This document shows, in pieces, positions 59,943 to 64,000 of a stretch of DNA of 64,000 bases (its first letter is position 1; each line of letters opens with the position of its first letter). Origin of the DNA: Monocercomonoides exilis PA203 (taxonomy: Eukaryota; Protista; Preaxostyla); the NCBI GenBank assembly GCA_001643675.2, contig LSRY02000015.1, positions 868,001-932,000 of the forward strand. Reading direction: 5' to 3'. Under the pieces are notes generated by a model that was not told the origin of the DNA, did no database searches, and saw only the letters and a list, made by a program, of their open reading frames with translations. A program made the translations under genes and the position numbers.

Positions 59943-61898
59943 ATGTCTTCAACTGAGAACAGCGATATACAAAATGAGCAATCAGAAAACTCAATTCTAA
60001 AAGATGAGAATACCAACTTGTTGAATGAAGCGCCTGAAAAGAAAGATGAAAAAGATGAAGAATCTAATATTCAAGAATCTGAAGAAAATAAAAATTTCAC
60101 AGACAAGTCATCAAGCCCTGAAGATAATACAACAATTGCTACAGAAGAATCGCAAAATTTAAGTTCAAATGACGTTACAAAGAACAATTCCGCTGATGAA
60201 TTTAACGATAAATCTGATGAACCTCAAGAAAATAAAAACTTAGACATTAAGGAACAACAGCCTATCAACACTTCAATGATAAAGAGATGCCAACAGAGAG
60301 ACGAAGATGTTAAATCATCAAAGCAATTTTATACTCCTGCTTCACAAATTGAATTTATTCATTCAATTCTTGTACAGTCTTTTCGAGCGCAAAAGACAAA
60401 ATCATACGAATATAGAATGACACAATTAACAGCATTGCGGCGCATGATTGATGAAAATGAAAAGACAATATTTGAAGCGTTGTATTCTGATTTACATAAG
60501 AATAAAGCAAGTGCATACATGACGGAGGTTGGGATGGTCAAGGCTGACGTTGAAGAAGCAATTAACAATTTGAAATCTTGGATGACACCAGAAAGAGTTT
60601 CTACTCCACTCGTTCAAATGAAAGGATTGTCCACATCCTCGATATATCCTGAACCATTAGGGTGCGCGCTGATTATTTCACCTTGGAACTATCCTTTTGC
60701 ACTTTCTTTGCAACCATTAATCGGTGCTATCTCAGCTGGATGTTGCGCATGCATCAAGCCCAGCAGCGTTACCTGCAAAACATCTCACATTATGTCCACG
60801 CTCATTGCACGCTACTTGGATAACTCATGTTATGTGGTTGTTGAAGGATCACACGACGTGTCAGATGCGCTTCTTGCTCTGAAATGGGACATCATATTTT
60901 TCACAGGAAGTGGGACAATCGGAAAGGATGTGTACAGAAAGGCCACAAACTGGCTGTGTCCTGTGGTGTTGGAGCTTGGCGGCAAGTCTCCAGCAATCAT
61001 CGACTCAACCGCGAATTTGAATGTGACGGCAAAGCGACTCACGATGGGGAAGCTGCTGAACAGCGGGCAGACGTGTGTGGCGCCTGATTATGTGCTGTGC
61101 GATGAAACAATGGTCGAGCCACTGGTGGTGAAGCTGAAGGAGATAATAGCAGAGTTCTATGGCGAAGACGCACAAAAGAGCGAAGACTATGTGAGGATTG
61201 TGGCTCAGAGACAGTTTGACAGACTGACTGGAATGTTGAAGAACGATGCAGAAACAGATGATGAGAAGGTTGCTTCAGACAATTCACCATCCTCTTCCTC
61301 CTCTTCTTCTTCATCCACAAGCCCATCTTCTTCTTCAGAATCTTCCTCTTCGCAGGCTGGCCTTGTGACATACACCTCACTCCCAAGCAATCTGAAGCCG
61401 ACTCAAAACGGCGGGCACCGCATTCTCTTTGGCGGGCGATCTGACCCGGACGATCTGTTTATTGAACCAACTTTGATTCTCTGTGCACCAAACACAACAT
61501 CGCGCTTTATGAAGGAAGAGATATTCGGTCCGATTTTACCGATTGTTCCGATTCCATCACAGAACTTCCTGAATGACTGTGTCGACTTCATCACCTCGCG
61601 CGACAAGCCGCTGGCGTGCTATTACTTCACACAGAGTCAGAAGAACAAGGAATTCATAGCGTCGCGTGTCTCGTCTGGTTCAATGGCCTTCAATGAATGT
61701 GTCCTGCAGTTACAGATACAGACTTTGCCGTTTGGCGGTGTGGGTGAAAGCGGAATGGGAATGTATCATGGGAAGTTTTCGTTCAACACTTTTTCTCACA
61801 GAAAAGCGCTGCTTGACAAGGCGAACTCCTTTGATATCGAATCGAGATATCCTCCTTACACAGAGAAGAAGTTGAATTTAATCAAAAGATTTATGTGA
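59943..61898 (+). CDS. ALDH3: Aldehyde dehydrogenase, ALDH3 / fatty-aldehyde dehydrogenase type (651 aa, intronless)
   Basis: PEPLGCALIISPWNYP, FFTGSGTIGK, LELGGKSP (catalytic Glu), NSGQTCVAPDY (catalytic Cys), EEIFGPILPI, PFGGVGESGMGMYHGKFSF, RYPPYT. Confidence 0.95.
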   Translation: MSSTENSDIQNEQSENSILKDENTNLLNEAPEKKDEKDEESNIQESEENKNFTDKSSSPEDNTTIATEESQNLSSNDVTKNNSADEFNDKSDEPQENKNLDIKEQQPINTSMIKRCQQRDEDVKSSKQFYTPASQIEFIHSILVQSFRAQKTKSYEYRMTQLTALRRMIDENEKTIFEALYSDLHKNKASAYMTEVGMVKADVEEAINNLKSWMTPERVSTPLVQMKGLSTSSIYPEPLGCALIISPWNYPFALSLQPLIGAISAGCCACIKPSSVTCKTSHIMSTLIARYLDNSCYVVVEGSHDVSDALLALKWDIIFFTGSGTIGKDVYRKATNWLCPVVLELGGKSPAIIDSTANLNVTAKRLTMGKLLNSGQTCVAPDYVLCDETMVEPLVVKLKEIIAEFYGEDAQKSEDYVRIVAQRQFDRLTGMLKNDAETDDEKVASDNSPSSSSSSSSSTSPSSSSESSSSQAGLVTYTSLPSNLKPTQNGGHRILFGGRSDPDDLFIEPTLILCAPNTTSRFMKEEIFGPILPIVPIPSQNFLNDCVDFITSRDKPLACYYFTQSQKNKEFIASRVSSGSMAFNECVLQLQIQTLPFGGVGESGMGMYHGKFSFNTFSHRKALLDKANSFDIESRYPPYTEKKLNLIKRFM

Positions 61899-62220
61899 TA
61901 CTATTAAGCCAGATTATTTTTTTATCTTTAATTTCAAGTGACGAGTCAAAAAAATGACTTAACTTCGTTTGAGGAAGAGTAATTATTTAATTTTGTACGG
62001 CAAAGTAAATTTTTGATAAAATTTGAGATTAATGTAATTTGAAAGCATTGTTTTTTTAGCTTTTTTTGATGTTTTGAAAATTGTGCTAATTTTTTGAAGT
62101 TATGTTGTTTGATAAGCAATAACATTAGAATATTTAAAAAATTATTTTTTCAACCACCATTTGTTTCATTTAAAAGTGCTTTTTTAAATTTTTTTGACAT
62201 GCCCCCTAATTTAAATCCAA

Positions 62221-63909
62221 ATGACTCCTTTGTTTTGGATCATTCTAATTTTGTTTGGAGATGTTGATGCAACGAAACACAAGGCGAAAAAAGAATCTAA
62301 AAAAAGGTACTTGAGTTTACCACAGATGGATAATTATTGGATGGAGCTGGGATTTGTTGTTGTGATTGGAGTATTTCTTGCTTTTTACTTCTGGGGAAAG
62401 CGTAGAAACGAAGAAATAGCAAGTGAGGTGTTTCTTGAAATGCAAAGTATTCTGCAAGAACAATTTGCACTTGTTGGAAACAATGTAGACATAAATGTTT
62501 TCAAGGTATTTCAAATTCGAATTATCTTTTTGTACATTTTTCATTTATTCTTTAGGAATCGCATAATGAATTTCATATTTATGGATCAGGAAGGAAAAAT
62601 ATACAATCTTTTGATTTGTTCCTTCAAGTTTGCAATTATATTCGATCTGAGTTTTAAAAAATATCTAACTTTTCGATATAGCTTCTTCCAAGACAAGATC
62701 TCATTGGATTTATCTTCGCAAAATTTTCATCTTTAACAGACAAAATTGTATTTATTTCTTCTTATGTGTTAAAAATTCGTTTAATGATATTTTTTACCAT
62801 CTTTTGTTATTTAGACATTTAATACACAATTCGATGATAACGTTGCACCATTCATTCTTCTTATTGCACGCAGAGGAGAGGAAGCTAAATTAAGAGAAGA
62901 AAGACAAGAAATTCGCCAATTTACTCCAGAGCCGCCTTCATTGGATGAAATAAAAGCCGAAACCAATTCCTCATCAGCTTCTCGTTCATCTGATCTTCCT
63001 CCTTCGTTTCCTCCACAGATGGTCTCCGCCCCAGAGCATCCGCTATTACTGCGAGAGATGATGAAAAGAGGGTTTGGAGCAATTGGAGATGAAGGAATTC
63101 ATTTGATAAGATTCTTGTGCACAGATGATCCATTCCATGCTCGTTACACCGTAATGAAAGCAAACGAAAGCCAGCAAAATCCAACTTCTGCATCATCGTC
63201 TTCCTCTTCTTCAGCACAAGATGCAGAGAAAGAGAATGCTAAAGAAGGCGAGAAGAAGGATGTCCCGAAGCCTCCAAGCGCTTTTCCTCAGCGCCTGAAC
63301 ATGGAGCTTACAGTTCGTTTGCCAGTATACATTCTTCATTCACACAGAACAAGAGAACTCGCTAAGGAGCTTGCAAAACAAGCAAGACAAGCTAAAGAAA
63401 TGGCAAAAGAAAAGAAAGAAGTGTCAAATGAACAAGAAGAGAAGAAGGAGAAAACAGATAAAGAACAAACAAACGATGCAGAGGTTTCATCGCAATCACC
63501 TGCTCCTTCCTCTTCTCCCTCGCCATCACCTTCTCCTAATCCATCTCCATCACCTTCTCCTTCTCCGTCTTTGCTGTCTGCGTCATCCAAACAGAATAAT
63601 GGTGGTCATCTTGTGACTCGCCTCGCTTCCATCTTTCTGTCACTTGCTGATTCAATTGCTGAAAACCCACTTCCTCGTGACATCACAGCAAGGGCGTATG
63701 CAAACAGACAGATTGCGAAGGAGCAGCTTAAGAAAGACGAAGCTAAAGCGAAGGAGGAAGAGGAAGAAAAGAAGAAAGCAGAGAGAAAGAGGAGAGAAGA
63801 TGAGAAGTTTATGAAGCTGTCGCCAGAAGAGCAGAGGAGAAGAGAGGCGAAGATGGCAAAAAGAGAAGCGAAAAAGAACCAAGTCATGAAGATGAAGGCT
63901 TATTCTTGA
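62221..63909 (+). CDS. CCDC47: PAT complex subunit CCDC47 (DUF1682) homologue, ~505 aa; join(62221..62505,62556..62627,62682..62747,62815..63909)
   Basis: Signal peptide, then TM YWMELGFVVVIGVFLAFYFWGKRRNEEIA, QEQFALVG, KESHNEFHIYGSGR, LLPRQDL and a C-terminal KLSPEEQRRREAK coiled coil; three phase-0 GT-AG introns. Confidence 0.88.
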
Positions 63910-64000
63910 CTGTGACAATTCATTTTTTTCCAGAAACTGTTTTATCAAAACAGGATTATTCAATCTTCTCTTTCGATTGCTTCATCAAATAAATAAATAA

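Noticed and set aside
1-64000. Non-standard genetic code (TAA/TAG = Gln, as in some oxymonads) explaining the many stops
   Set aside because: Conserved genes end at TAA or TAG at the expected positions (V-ATPase c, hAT transposase), long ORFs are free of TAR codons, and the broken regions also contain TGA stops and frameshifts.

Overview
This is eukaryotic, AT-rich DNA with short GT-AG introns (often GTTTG donors), the standard genetic code and abundant poly-Ser microsatellites. It strongly resembles an oxymonad (Monocercomonoides-like) genome; that assignment is an inference. The left ~45.5 kb is mostly DNA transposons and decayed gene fragments. (1) An intact 8.4-kb hAT element (4484-12918; perfect 17-bp TIRs, perfect 8-bp TSD) carries ~4.3 kb of cargo. 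(2) It is nested inside a 4096-18507 element with long imperfect TIRs, whose gene fuses a ubiquitin-specific protease (USP/peptidase C19) domain to a Sola-like transposase. That gene has one in-frame TAG and is followed 4 nt after its stop by a compact, G-U-rich, multi-stem RNA-like fold with a cUUCGg loop. (3) A giant single-exon beta-helix surface receptor ends in a truncated pseudokinase tail. (4) A 5.7-kb non-autonomous GGG...CCC element is filled with gene fragments. (5) A pogo-like MITE and a dead Merlin transposase follow. The right ~18 kb holds intact genes: V-ATPase subunit c, two tandem orphan paralogues, an SLC38/AVT-like amino-acid transporter, a head-to-head thioesterase/ALDH3 pair and a CCDC47 homologue. 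The best candidate for an undescribed system is the deubiquitinase-transposase element with its downstream structured RNA. All family calls come from motif recognition by eye; no database search was run.
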